From contig JASLRT010000071.1 of the NCBI GenBank assembly GCA_030743815.1, positions 1 to 24,000 on the forward strand: a stretch of 24,000 bases of DNA, written 5' to 3'. Position numbers and translations under genes: made by a program. Under the pieces are notes generated by a model. The model had not been told where the DNA came from and searched no databases. It saw nothing but the letters and a program-made list of their open reading frames with translations. This DNA is from Fidelibacterota bacterium. GTDB lineage: Bacteria > Fidelibacterota > Marinisomatia > Marinisomatales > S15-B10. This document shows, piece after piece, positions 1 to 9,701 of the stretch (the first letter of the stretch is position 1; every line of letters starts with the position of its first letter).

Positions 1-819
1 GGCATACTGAAATGCGGTTGTGATGAGAAGCATAAAGATTCCCAGCTTGTAGCCGGCGGTGTAGATACCTACTGTAGCGGCATCAGTGAGGCTGGCAAGA
101 ATATATCGGTCTATGGACTCCATAGCGATGGAAGCGAGACCTGCAGGCAAAAAAGGGAGCCCAAACTTCAGGAGGGCGTTGACACTATTGCTTCTAAAGA
201 CCAATTGCAAAGATCCGGCCGTTGCCGCCAAAACGGAGAATGTGGTTACTGCTGAAGCCGCGGCAACGCTCAGGAAGATACCGTCAAGTCCCTTCTCTTT
301 CATAGCCACTAGATAGATATTCATACCGAGGGTGGTAATCACATTCAAAAGCTTGATTGAGACGAAAAGAGTGGCTCGACTCTCCAATCTCAGAAGGGCA
401 AAGGGGACATGACTAACAGCATCCAAAAGGAGGATTCCGGCCGCCAGCTTAAAAAGAAGAGTATATTGACCGCCCCCTAACAGGAGGGATGACAGGCCAG
501 ACGAGCCTGACAAAATCAGAAATGACAGCACGCAACTCGTCCCTAGGCTGAGCCAGAGCGCTGTTGAAAAGAGTGATCGCTGGGCGTCTGGGCCGTCGGC
601 CTCATTATAGTAACGCATAAACGCGGTGTCTAACCCGTAGTGATAGACAATATTCATAAAGCCGAGAAAAACGTAGAGAAGAGTGGCGAGACCGTAGTCC
701 CCGGGAGTCAGTATATTGGTAAAAAGAGGTAACAGTAGAAAGGTGACAAGTCGCGTCAGCACATTGCCGGTGCCGTAGATAACCGTCTGACGGGTAAGCC
801 GGCTAATTTGAGATATCAA
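1..819 (-). CDS. Polysaccharide-biosynthesis / oligosaccharide flippase family membrane protein (MOP/Wzx-like). N-terminal 273 codons only; the 3' end lies beyond the window start.
   Basis: Absent from the supplied ORF track because it has no stop codon in the window. My translation of the minus strand from TTG (819-817) reads LISQISRLTRQTVIYGTGNVLTRLVTFLLLPLFTNILTPGDYGLATLLYVFLGFMNIVYHYGLDTAFMRYY... and stays open to position 1. It has repeated hydrophobic spans typical of Wzx-type flippases. A GGAGAGGAA SD-like motif lies about 5 nt upstream, and an in-frame TGA lies about a dozen codons upstream. The 86-316 (+) ORF is its antisense shadow. Confidence 0.7.
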   Translation of the reverse strand, partial: MISQISRLTRQTVIYGTGNVLTRLVTFLLLPLFTNILTPGDYGLATLLYVFLGFMNIVYHYGLDTAFMRYYNEADGPDAQRSLFSTALWLSLGTSCVLSFLILSGSSGLSSLLLGGGQYTLLFKLAAGILLLDAVSHVPFALLRLESRATLFVSIKLLNVITTLGMNIYLVAMKEKGLDGIFLSVAAASAVTTFSVLAATAGSLQLVFRSNSVNALLKFGLPFLPAGLASIAMESIDRYILASLTDAATVGIYTAGYKLGIFMLLITTAFQYA

Positions 820-1049
820 TAGTTCCTCTCCTCGGATTGTGTAGAAGTATTCTCAATTGCGTTGTGTCTGAAACGATATGCAAGGCAGGTCGGTTCCGCA
901 ATGTGAATATAAGGGGTGTAGGAGAATGAATCAATGAATCACGTCCGGTGTAAGGTTACAAAATTTCCTGATGTCTAAGGTTAATTATTTAGTTATTTTT
1001 GCATAGGACATAATGCTGTATTGCACAATTATTTGCAACGAGGATTTGA

Positions 1050-2369
<1,320 letters not shown>

Positions 2370-2381
2370 TTGAAGGGGTAG

Positions 2382-2729
2382 ATGGCGTTCCGGGTGAAAA
2401 AAAGAAGGCGTCACCGCAGGCCAATACCCGCAAGGGGGTCTCAGAATCGTAACATCCTGCCGAAGTTGCTCATTCTCGTGGCCGCAATTCTCATCATTAT
2501 TTTCATTTTAGGTGATCACGGTATTTACAGGCTGTACAGTATGAAGCGGGAAAAAGAACGGCTGTTGAAAGAGATCAACAAGTTGCGCGGAGAACAGCAG
2601 AAGCTACTAGCTGAAAAGGACAGGCTGGAGAATGATCTGGAGTATATTGAGCGCCTGGCCCGGGAACGTCACAGGATGGCAAAAAAAGGTGAAAAAGTGT
2701 TTAAGGTTCTGGAGAAACCGGAGCTTTAG
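2382..2729 (+). CDS. ftsB: Septum formation initiator family protein (FtsB/DivIC-like)
   Basis: 115 aa with a basic N-terminus, one transmembrane (TM) helix (LLILVAAILIIIFIL) and a coiled-coil (LLKEINKLRGEQQKLLAEKDRLENDLEYIERLARE). It starts 12 nt after eno, a common eno-ftsB arrangement. GAAGGGG lies upstream of the ATG. Confidence 0.85.
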   Translation: MAFRVKKRRRHRRPIPARGSQNRNILPKLLILVAAILIIIFILGDHGIYRLYSMKREKERLLKEINKLRGEQQKLLAEKDRLENDLEYIERLARERHRMAKKGEKVFKVLEKPEL

Positions 2730-2744
2730 TTATCTGTCTCTGCG

Positions 2745-3344
2745 TCAGAATCCAAGCAAAAAGAACACCTTATCCCCACCCATCACCGATTGAAAACTCA
2801 TCTCAAGGTTATTCGGTGGGCGTGAGAATTTATATACGAGTTCGGAGTGTAATACTTGCCCCGGCTTAATGATACCCACGCTGTTAACACTCTCCATAAA
2901 TTCAAGATTGCCGATATTTCCTTTTCCGTCTACTACCTTAAAGAGGAGTAATCCACTCATATCCAGATCTTTCTGACCGTTGTTCGTGATCTCGACGACG
3001 ACAGTCACCTGTTCATTTTTCAGAGAAGCATTAACCAATCTAATCCCGGCTTGCCCGGCCGTCTGAATTTCGCCGATCCCTTTGGCTACACGCCCTTCTT
3101 CAAGAGCATCGAGAGGGATGTAGAACTCCAATGTAGCTTTAATGAACTTTCCCGACGGATCCTTGCCAATTTTTATCACTTTCGTTCCAGAATTTACTCT
3201 TCCGAGGACAGCATCCTCATTGCCTGGCTCCTCGTAGATATCTGATCTCTTAATAGTTTCAGTGACCTGTCCGTTTGTAAGAGAAAGCAGTAAGATTAAA
3301 GCAAGACCTTGCCACAAGACAGCACCACTTCTGTGTGAGGACAT
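2745..3344 (-). CDS. Hypothetical secreted protein: signal peptide, SH3-like segment, then an Ig-like/DUF4352-like beta-rich C-terminal half
   Basis: 199 aa with an N-terminal signal-like sequence (GAVLWQGLALILLLSLTNGQ). A strong SD (GAGGAG) lies 6 nt upstream of the ATG. The segment VTVVVEITNNGQKDLD...IKPGQVLHSELVYKF resembles small beta-sandwich domains. The function is not recognised. Confidence 0.75.
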   Translation of the reverse strand: MSSHRSGAVLWQGLALILLLSLTNGQVTETIKRSDIYEEPGNEDAVLGRVNSGTKVIKIGKDPSGKFIKATLEFYIPLDALEEGRVAKGIGEIQTAGQAGIRLVNASLKNEQVTVVVEITNNGQKDLDMSGLLLFKVVDGKGNIGNLEFMESVNSVGIIKPGQVLHSELVYKFSRPPNNLEMSFQSVMGGDKVFFLLGF

Positions 3345-3395
3345 AATTTTCTCCTCGTTAATTAGATTAATGATAAGGGTATAAACAGGTTTCAG

Positions 3396-4103
3396 CTAAA
3401 GCGTAATTGTCTGGGTGGTCAGGAAAGCATCGAGATAAATTTCAACACGGCGGTTGTTGGCGCGTCCTTCTGTATTGTCGTTAGAATCAACAGGCCGGAA
3501 TTCACCGTACCCCATAGCTGAAAACTTTTCTTCACCTATGCCAGCATACTGACTCAGAAGCTCCACAATATTTAGCGCGCGAGCTGTGGACAGCTCCCAG
3601 TTTGATTGCCATTTAGTTTGAAGTTCCAGCGGCAGGGGGACATCGTCGGTATGTCCTTCGCACCTGATTTCAATGTTAAGGGTTTTATCACCCCGCTTGA
3701 CGGCATCGATGAACGGTTTCAGTTCCGGATCCTGATTGACCCGTATGATGCGCGACATCTTGATGATCATGCCGATCTGCTGAATGAGAGGGTGTACTTC
3801 AGGTCTGAGTTCGGCACCACCCGAGCGGAACAGTTGGCCACTCGCCAGAGTTATTTTTACTCCTTTGGTTGCGCGTTCCACTGATACATAAGCGGAGTGA
3901 AGCTGTTCGTGTAATTCGACGTATGTTTGGTCCAGCAGCATGTTGATGATGCGGTCAATGTGTTTTTCGGCATCGTTCATGATAACGAGTAACATGATAA
4001 AGAACGTCAACAGTAAGGTGACCATATCACCGAATGTTACGGCCCACGCCGTACTTCTGGATTTGGCTTCGTTAAAGGAGACTTTTGAGACTTGCCGTGC
4101 CAT
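3396..4103 (-). CDS. motB: Flagellar-type stator protein MotB (OmpA/MotB peptidoglycan-binding domain)
   Basis: 235 aa. The segment WAVTFGDMVTLLLTFFIMLLV is a single TM helix with the conserved channel Asp, in a Bacillus-like TFAD/TFGD context. The C-terminal part has GHTDD...SNWELSTARALNIV...NNRRVEIYL, the OmpA-like motif. It starts 4 nt after the motA stop. Confidence 0.85.
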   Translation of the reverse strand: MARQVSKVSFNEAKSRSTAWAVTFGDMVTLLLTFFIMLLVIMNDAEKHIDRIINMLLDQTYVELHEQLHSAYVSVERATKGVKITLASGQLFRSGGAELRPEVHPLIQQIGMIIKMSRIIRVNQDPELKPFIDAVKRGDKTLNIEIRCEGHTDDVPLPLELQTKWQSNWELSTARALNIVELLSQYAGIGEEKFSAMGYGEFRPVDSNDNTEGRANNRRVEIYLDAFLTTQTITL

Positions 4104-4107
4104 TCAA

Positions 4108-4920
4108 TCAGCTTTGCTCTTGGCGCTTGCTTTGGGGGACAAATGTCATCAGTTTTTCGCGCAGAATAATTGGATGGTCTTTTGCATGAATGCCGATGAT
4201 TCCCTCTACTATGATATCTTTGACCATCAGTTCTTCTTCAGATTTCCGTTTGAGCTTACCGGCAAGGGGCAAGAAAACAAGGTTTGAAAAAAGCACGCCA
4301 TAGAAGGTTGTAATGAGGGCGAGACCCATTCCTCCCAGTAATTCAGCAAAGCGCTTCGCCACATCAAACTCGACGCCGACGGCGCCACCGCTCTCTGTTG
4401 CCGAAAAATGGGTCATCATGATGATCAGTCCAAGTACGGTTCCCAGCATACCGAAGGCGGGTGCGTAAGCGCCCATGTAGAGAAAAATTTCCTGTCCTAA
4501 ACTGTGGCGTCTGTCCATGTTGGAAAGTTCCAGTTCAAGGTAATTTCTCAGGCGGAGAGGGTCTCTTTCATTGATGGCAAGTTCCAGCCCATCCCTGAGG
4601 AAGTTGTCTGATACTTTGTCCAGTTCGGTCTCTAATGCCATAATCCCCTTTTTTCTGGCGAGTTCAGCCTTCATTATTAACTCTTCTATGACTTCCTGAT
4701 GACCGACTTCTTCTTGCGTGAATGCTTGGCCGAGCACCTTAAATATGTTGAGGACATTTTTTAGGGGATAGTTGACCAGTGTGGCGGCGAATGTCCCGCC
4801 AAGGACAATGACGATGGCGTCGAGATCCAGAAACCAGCGTGGATCACCTTTATTACTGAGAATCCCTATGGTAACAAAACCGAGTCCCAGAAGTAGTCCA
4901 AGTGCTGTGCCTAAATCCAT
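4108..4920 (-). CDS. motA: MotA/PomA-type stator protein (MotA/TolQ/ExbB proton-channel family)
   Basis: 270 aa. It has two N-terminal TM helices, a cytoplasmic loop of about 100 aa and two C-terminal TM helices (YAPAFGMLGTVLGLI, LITTFYGVLFSNLVFLPLAGKL). The SD AGAGGA lies upstream of the ATG. Confidence 0.85.
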   Translation of the reverse strand: MDLGTALGLLLGLGFVTIGILSNKGDPRWFLDLDAIVIVLGGTFAATLVNYPLKNVLNIFKVLGQAFTQEEVGHQEVIEELIMKAELARKKGIMALETELDKVSDNFLRDGLELAINERDPLRLRNYLELELSNMDRRHSLGQEIFLYMGAYAPAFGMLGTVLGLIIMMTHFSATESGGAVGVEFDVAKRFAELLGGMGLALITTFYGVLFSNLVFLPLAGKLKRKSEEELMVKDIIVEGIIGIHAKDHPIILREKLMTFVPQSKRQEQS

Positions 4921-4980
4921 AAAGAATCCTCTTTGAAGATTATAAAGGTCGTTACTTTAAATTAATTGATGAGAAGTTAG

Positions 4981-5430
4981 TCAACTACGGGCATTACTGT
5001 CCAGAACGAAAGTGACCGGGCCGTCATTGGTCAATTTAACATCCATCATAGCTCCAAATCGACCCGTCTCTACAGGAATACCTTCGCTGGTTAGAAATTG
5101 TATGAACTGTGTATAGAGCTGTTCTCCCTCTGCCGGCGGTGCAGCATTCAGGAAGCTTGGACGTCTCCCCTTGCGCCAGTCGGCACAGAGCGTAAACTGA
5201 CTCACAACCAGAGCAGCCCCAGCCGATTCTCTGATGGATAAGTTCATTTTGCCGTCGTCGTCATTAAAAATACGGAAATTGGATATCTTGTGGGCAAGAA
5301 ATTTACAGTCTTCCTCTCTGTCACCTTGGAATACACCCAGAAAAATCAGTAGTCCCGAACCAATCTCCCCTGCTATTTCCCGGTCTATCAGGACGCTGGC
5401 TTCAGAAACTCTCTGAAGCAGGGCAATCAT
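4981..5430 (-). CDS. dtd: D-aminoacyl-tRNA (D-tyrosyl-tRNA) deacylase
   Basis: 149 aa. MIALLQRV...GLLIFLGV...SQFTL...GRRPSF...G.FGA.M.V.L.NDGPVT matches Dtd throughout. Its ATG overlaps the dnaE TAA by 1 nt (TAATG). Confidence 0.95.
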   Translation of the reverse strand: MIALLQRVSEASVLIDREIAGEIGSGLLIFLGVFQGDREEDCKFLAHKISNFRIFNDDDGKMNLSIRESAGAALVVSQFTLCADWRKGRRPSFLNAAPPAEGEQLYTQFIQFLTSEGIPVETGRFGAMMDVKLTNDGPVTFVLDSNARS

Positions 5431-8400
5431 TAATCAACCCACACGTTTTGATCGCCGTAAATCCCTTTGAGTTTTCCAAGAAGGAGATCATCGGCAGATA
5501 CGCGGACTTCGCGGGCCAGCATTTTCTTGCCATTCCCTTTTTCATCGTATACATGAAAAAAGAGGGGAGAATCCCCGGCGTGGTCCTTCGTGAGGCGAAA
5601 TAAGGAGTCTACGTCCTCTTCCTTCATTTTGTCCACTTCAACTACTATGTTCACCGTTTTGGCATATCGATCCTGCACCTGATCAAGCGACAGAATTGAT
5701 TCAGCGATTAATTTCAGTGTATCGTCTGTCAGTCGGGACGTAGGTCTCCCTTTGATAAAGATCAGTTTGTCTTCCTGGATTAGGTCTTTGTGGGCTTCAA
5801 AAGTGTCGTGAAAGATAAGCACATCAACTTTTCCACCGAGGCAATCGAGACTCAGGAATGCCATCTGCTGGTTTTTCTTGTCAAAATGATGTCTGATATC
5901 GTGGATCACTCCGCCTACACGAATTTGTTGTGTTTCTTCAACGGGACTGGAAAAGTCATGGTTGGAAAATCTTTCCAGCACAGCAGCGTGTTTCAGGAGA
6001 GGATGGCCTGTGAGATAGAATCCCATCAGCTCTTTCTCTCGTTGCAGTTTTTCTGATTCTGACCAGTCTGGAGCCTTGGGCAACCTGGGAATCGAATGCA
6101 AGGGGGAGTCACCCGAAGAAGATTGTCCAAACAGAGAGAATTGATCATCTTCAGCTTCAGCCTGAGCCTTTTGAGCATGGCGTAGAGTTGATTCGACGGC
6201 ATTATACATCTGAGCGCGGTTGCCTTCAAGCGAATCCATGGCGCCGGCGGCAATAAGACTTTCCGTAACTTTACGGTTGACGAGCCGGAGATCCAGATGA
6301 CGGCAAAAATCAAACAGTGTTTTGAAAGGCTCATTTTCATTCCGGACTTCCAGAATGTTCTCCAATGCTTTGACACCCACATTCTTGATGGCATTGAGGC
6401 CGAATGAAATTGTCTTTTCATCGAGAGTTCTGAAGTTAATTCCTGATTCGTTGACATCGGGCGCGCGGACGGTGATTTTAAGTTTCTGGCACTCATTCAT
6501 GAGCGTAACGACCCGTGAGGTGTTAGTCATTTCGCTCGTCAGGTTGGCCGCCATAAACTCAGTCGGATAGTGAGTTTTCAGGAAAGCTGTCTGATAGGCG
6601 ATGAAGGCATAAGCTGTGCTATGGCTTTTATTAAAGCCGTATTGGGCAAATTTCTCTATCAGTTCGAAGATGTCCTTGGCTGTCTTTTGCGTAATTCCTC
6701 TTTCTACGGCTCCGGTTATGAATGCCTCCTTCTGTCCTTTCATAAGGCGTCTTTTTTTCTTGCCCATTGCTCGTCGCAGGATATCAGCCTGTGCCAGGGA
6801 GAAACTGGCGATCTTGTTGGTGATCTGCATAACCTGTTCCTGATAGACGATAATTCCATATGTTTCACTGAGAATCGGCTCAAGATCGGGATGGGAGTAC
6901 TTAATTTTTTTTCTGCCGTGTTTGCGCTTGATAAACTCATCGATGTGTTCCATTGGACCGGGACGATAGAGAGCATTCATGGCGATAAGATCTTCGATAC
7001 AGGTAGGTTTGAGTTTCTTGAGATATTCACGCATTCCGGATGATTCGAACTGAAAAACACCGATAGTGTTGCCTTTAGCAAATGTTTGATAAACCTTCTG
7101 ATCATCGAGCGGGATTTTGTCAACGTTGATGTTGACGCCGCGCTCTTTCAGTAACGCTTCTGTCTGCTTAATAACTGTCAGGTTTCGCAGGCCAAGAAAA
7201 TCCATTTTGAGCAAACCGAGATCTTCTAGGCCTTTCATGTCAAATTGAGAAGTAATCTCACCCTGAGGGGATTTGTAGAGAGGGATATAATCAGTTAGTT
7301 CTCCCGGAGCAATTACAACACCGGCTGCATGGGTAGAAGCGTGGCGGTTCATCCCCTCAAGTGTCTTCGAGAATTTCATCAGGTTTGCGTGCTGTTCATT
7401 CTTGTTCTTCACCTGTTGCAGTTCACTGCTGATGGACAGAGCAGAATCGAGGGTGACACCGGGGCCGGCCGGGATCATCTTGGCAATGCGGTCAACTTCC
7501 CCATAGCTCATTCCCAGAACTCGTCCCACGTCGCGTACAACTTGCCGCGCCTTCAGTTTACCGAATGTGATGATATGTGTAACAGAGTTTTCACCGTATT
7601 TCTGTCTGATATAGTTGATCACCTCACCTCTCTGCTCGTAGCAGAAGTCGATATCAATATCCGGCATCGAGATGCGCTCTGGATTAAGAAAACGTTCGAA
7701 AAGTAGGCCGTGCTCAATGGGATTGATGGTTGTAATTCCGAGACAATAGGCCGCAAGACTGCCGGCAACCGAACCTCTGCCTGGCCCTACGGGAATTCCC
7801 TTGTCCTTGGCGTACTGGACAAAATCCTGAACGATGAGGAAATAACCGGCAAAACCCATATTCTGGATGACACCGAGTTCGTACTGAAGCCGGTCATCCA
7901 GTTCAGGTGTAACAGGATCGAAGAGTATTTTGAGCCCTTCTATGCATCGGGAGGTAAGATATCTGTTTGGATCTCTATCTCCAGTCTCAGAGGGAATAGG
8001 AAAGGTAGGTAGAAGGTTTTCGTTGAGAGGAATCTCAAGGTCGCAAGAGTCAGCAATTTGTCTCGTGTTCTCCAGCGCCTGTGGATATTCTTTAAAGAGA
8101 TCCCACATCTGATCTTGCGACTTGAAATAGAACTCAGGTGTAGCGTATCGCTGTCTGTTTGGGTCGTCTCTGTCCTTGCCTGTGCCGAGACAGAACATGA
8201 TGTCGTGTGCTTCCCAGTCTTCCTGTCGATTGTAGTGACAGTCGTTGGTTGCCACAAGTGGGAGGTTCAATTCACCGGCGAGCTTGGCGACCGTATTCCT
8301 TGATACCTCTTCCTCGGGAATACTGTGATCCTGGATTTCCAGGTAAAACCGCCCAGGAAAGATCTCGGCGTATTCCAGTGCTACTCTTTTCGCCGCCTCA

Positions 8401-8864
8401 TATTTACCTTTAACAGCATATTCTTGAACTTCTCCCTTGAGGCAAGCTGAGAGGCAGATGAGTCCTTCATTGAATTCACGGAGCAGATTCTTATCGACTC
8501 GCGGGCGGTAGTAGAAGCCTTCCAAATATCCGGCAGTGACGAGTTTCATCAGATTGCGATATCCCGTGTAGTTCTGAGCGAGAAGCACCAGATGGTTATT
8601 GCCCCATCCACCATCCCGCTTAGGTGTTTTATCAAATCGGTCGCCTTGCGCTACGTAGATCTCGCAACCGAGGATCGGTTTTATACCCACATCTTTGGCA
8701 GCTTTGTAAAATGAGATTGCCGAAAACATGTTGCCGTGTTCTGTAATGGCAACGGTGTCCATAGACAGATCAGTCATCGTATTGATAACGGTGGATACTG
8801 ACTGGGCGCCATCAAGTAGACTGTAATCGGTGTGGTTGTGCAGATGAACGAACTCAGAGGTCAT
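5430..8864 (-). CDS. dnaE: DNA polymerase III alpha subunit
   Basis: 1144 aa. It has an N-terminal PHP domain (FVHLHNHTDYSLLDG), a palm/fingers region (PDIDIDF, GLLKMDFLGLRNLT, FNKSHSTAYA) and a C-terminal OB region. All internal plus- and minus-strand ORFs in this span are shadow frames. Confidence 0.98.
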   Translation of the reverse strand: MTSEFVHLHNHTDYSLLDGAQSVSTVINTMTDLSMDTVAITEHGNMFSAISFYKAAKDVGIKPILGCEIYVAQGDRFDKTPKRDGGWGNNHLVLLAQNYTGYRNLMKLVTAGYLEGFYYRPRVDKNLLREFNEGLICLSACLKGEVQEYAVKGKYEAAKRVALEYAEIFPGRFYLEIQDHSIPEEEVSRNTVAKLAGELNLPLVATNDCHYNRQEDWEAHDIMFCLGTGKDRDDPNRQRYATPEFYFKSQDQMWDLFKEYPQALENTRQIADSCDLEIPLNENLLPTFPIPSETGDRDPNRYLTSRCIEGLKILFDPVTPELDDRLQYELGVIQNMGFAGYFLIVQDFVQYAKDKGIPVGPGRGSVAGSLAAYCLGITTINPIEHGLLFERFLNPERISMPDIDIDFCYEQRGEVINYIRQKYGENSVTHIITFGKLKARQVVRDVGRVLGMSYGEVDRIAKMIPAGPGVTLDSALSISSELQQVKNKNEQHANLMKFSKTLEGMNRHASTHAAGVVIAPGELTDYIPLYKSPQGEITSQFDMKGLEDLGLLKMDFLGLRNLTVIKQTEALLKERGVNINVDKIPLDDQKVYQTFAKGNTIGVFQFESSGMREYLKKLKPTCIEDLIAMNALYRPGPMEHIDEFIKRKHGRKKIKYSHPDLEPILSETYGIIVYQEQVMQITNKIASFSLAQADILRRAMGKKKRRLMKGQKEAFITGAVERGITQKTAKDIFELIEKFAQYGFNKSHSTAYAFIAYQTAFLKTHYPTEFMAANLTSEMTNTSRVVTLMNECQKLKITVRAPDVNESGINFRTLDEKTISFGLNAIKNVGVKALENILEVRNENEPFKTLFDFCRHLDLRLVNRKVTESLIAAGAMDSLEGNRAQMYNAVESTLRHAQKAQAEAEDDQFSLFGQSSSGDSPLHSIPRLPKAPDWSESEKLQREKELMGFYLTGHPLLKHAAVLERFSNHDFSSPVEETQQIRVGGVIHDIRHHFDKKNQQMAFLSLDCLGGKVDVLIFHDTFEAHKDLIQEDKLIFIKGRPTSRLTDDTLKLIAESILSLDQVQDRYAKTVNIVVEVDKMKEEDVDSLFRLTKDHAGDSPLFFHVYDEKGNGKKMLAREVRVSADDLLLGKLKGIYGDQNVWVD

Positions 8865-8870
8865 TGCATA

Positions 8871-9701
8871 TTAGCCTAAATAGACAGCAAACAATCCAGA
8901 TAAGATACAGACTTTTAGAATCTGAGAAGAGGTTTTACAGGTCTTAATTGATGGTGATTTCACAAGCGAAGATACAATAAAAAGTAGAGGAATTTCAATT
9001 CCCAAAATAAGAATTATCAGGTAAGCATAACCGTAGATGTCCATAAAAAAGGGGATGAGAAAGCCTGATCCCATCAACAGGCAGAGACCCAGTACGAGGC
9101 GAACAGAAGGCTGAACTCCAAACTTTACGGGGAACGTATTAAGGTGTGCTGCTCTATCACCCTCGACATCAGCGATATCTTTCACAATTTCCCGCAGGAA
9201 GTTGAAGCCAAACGCAAGCAGGGCTGGAACCACAAGACCCTGTGGGTTACCAAAGCTGGTACCGGCAAAGAGAAACGCTAATCCAAGGATTGCGGCCACA
9301 ACTAGATTGCCAATCAGTGGTCTCCCTTTCAGCCATATACTGTATATAATCATGAGGGGTGCCGAAATGAGAGACGCAATCACAAATGATGAGAAATTGA
9401 TAAATACTGACAGGATAATTCCACACAGGAAAAGTATTACTGCGGCCATCAGAGCACTATTTTTGGATAGCGAACCGGAGGGGAGTGGTCGGTCGGCACG
9501 ATTAATTTTGTCGCTGTCGAAATCTCGATAATCGTTGAATGCATTAGCTGCTGCATTCAGGGATACAACCGTCAGGACAGCTTTTACGATTGTGGTCGTG
9601 TGCCAGTAATGGAGAATGGACGCTGAAATCAGAACTGTAATGGTACCGAGAAACAGATTGAGAGGGCGGAGGAGCTTAAAGAATGCAAAGAGTGGTGTCA
9701 C
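8871..9701 (-). CDS. UbiA-family integral-membrane prenyltransferase, closest by motif to digeranylgeranylglyceryl-phosphate (DGGGP) synthase / chlorophyll-synthase-like members
   Basis: 276 aa and polytopic. The first Asp-rich motif is NAFNDYRDFDSDKINRADRPLPSG and the second is KDIADVEGDRAAHLNTFPVKFG. Its GTG start overlaps the prmC TGA (GTGA), and its stop lies 6 nt before the dnaE ATG. Confidence 0.85.
   Translation of the reverse strand: MTPLFAFFKLLRPLNLFLGTITVLISASILHYWHTTTIVKAVLTVVSLNAAANAFNDYRDFDSDKINRADRPLPSGSLSKNSALMAAVILFLCGIILSVFINFSSFVIASLISAPLMIIYSIWLKGRPLIGNLVVAAILGLAFLFAGTSFGNPQGLVVPALLAFGFNFLREIVKDIADVEGDRAAHLNTFPVKFGVQPSVRLVLGLCLLMGSGFLIPFFMDIYGYAYLIILILGIEIPLLFIVSSLVKSPSIKTCKTSSQILKVCILSGLFAVYLG

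Noticed and set aside
86-316. Plus-strand 76-aa ORF at the window start
   Set aside because: It is antisense to the flippase-family gene, which reads open on the minus strand from 819 to position 1. The flippase translation is far more protein-like.
994-1001. TATTTTTG upstream of eno matches the Bacteroidetes-type -7 promoter consensus TAnnTTTG
   Set aside because: No TTTG (-33) element sits at the expected 19-21 nt spacing. AT-rich intergenic sequence produces such matches by chance. It is not called as a promoter.
2700-2760. Looked for a bidirectional terminator between the convergent ftsB and the 199-aa gene, which are only 15 nt apart
   Set aside because: Only a 4-bp GGTT/AACC stem is present, with no credible hairpin plus U-tract on either strand.
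3396-4920. MotA/MotB pair considered as ZorA/ZorB of a Zorya anti-phage system
   Set aside because: ZorA proteins carry a very long C-terminal tail beyond the MotA-like domain, and Zorya loci include ZorC/D or ZorE. This MotA is a compact 270 aa, and no such partners are adjacent.
5790-8413. About a dozen ORFs of 60-157 aa on both strands inside the dnaE span, for example 6026-6496 (-) and 6570-7043 (+)
   Set aside because: All lie within or antisense to the continuous 1144-aa DnaE frame. Their translations are low-complexity or Cys/Arg/Ser-rich with no recognisable motifs. They are shadow ORFs.
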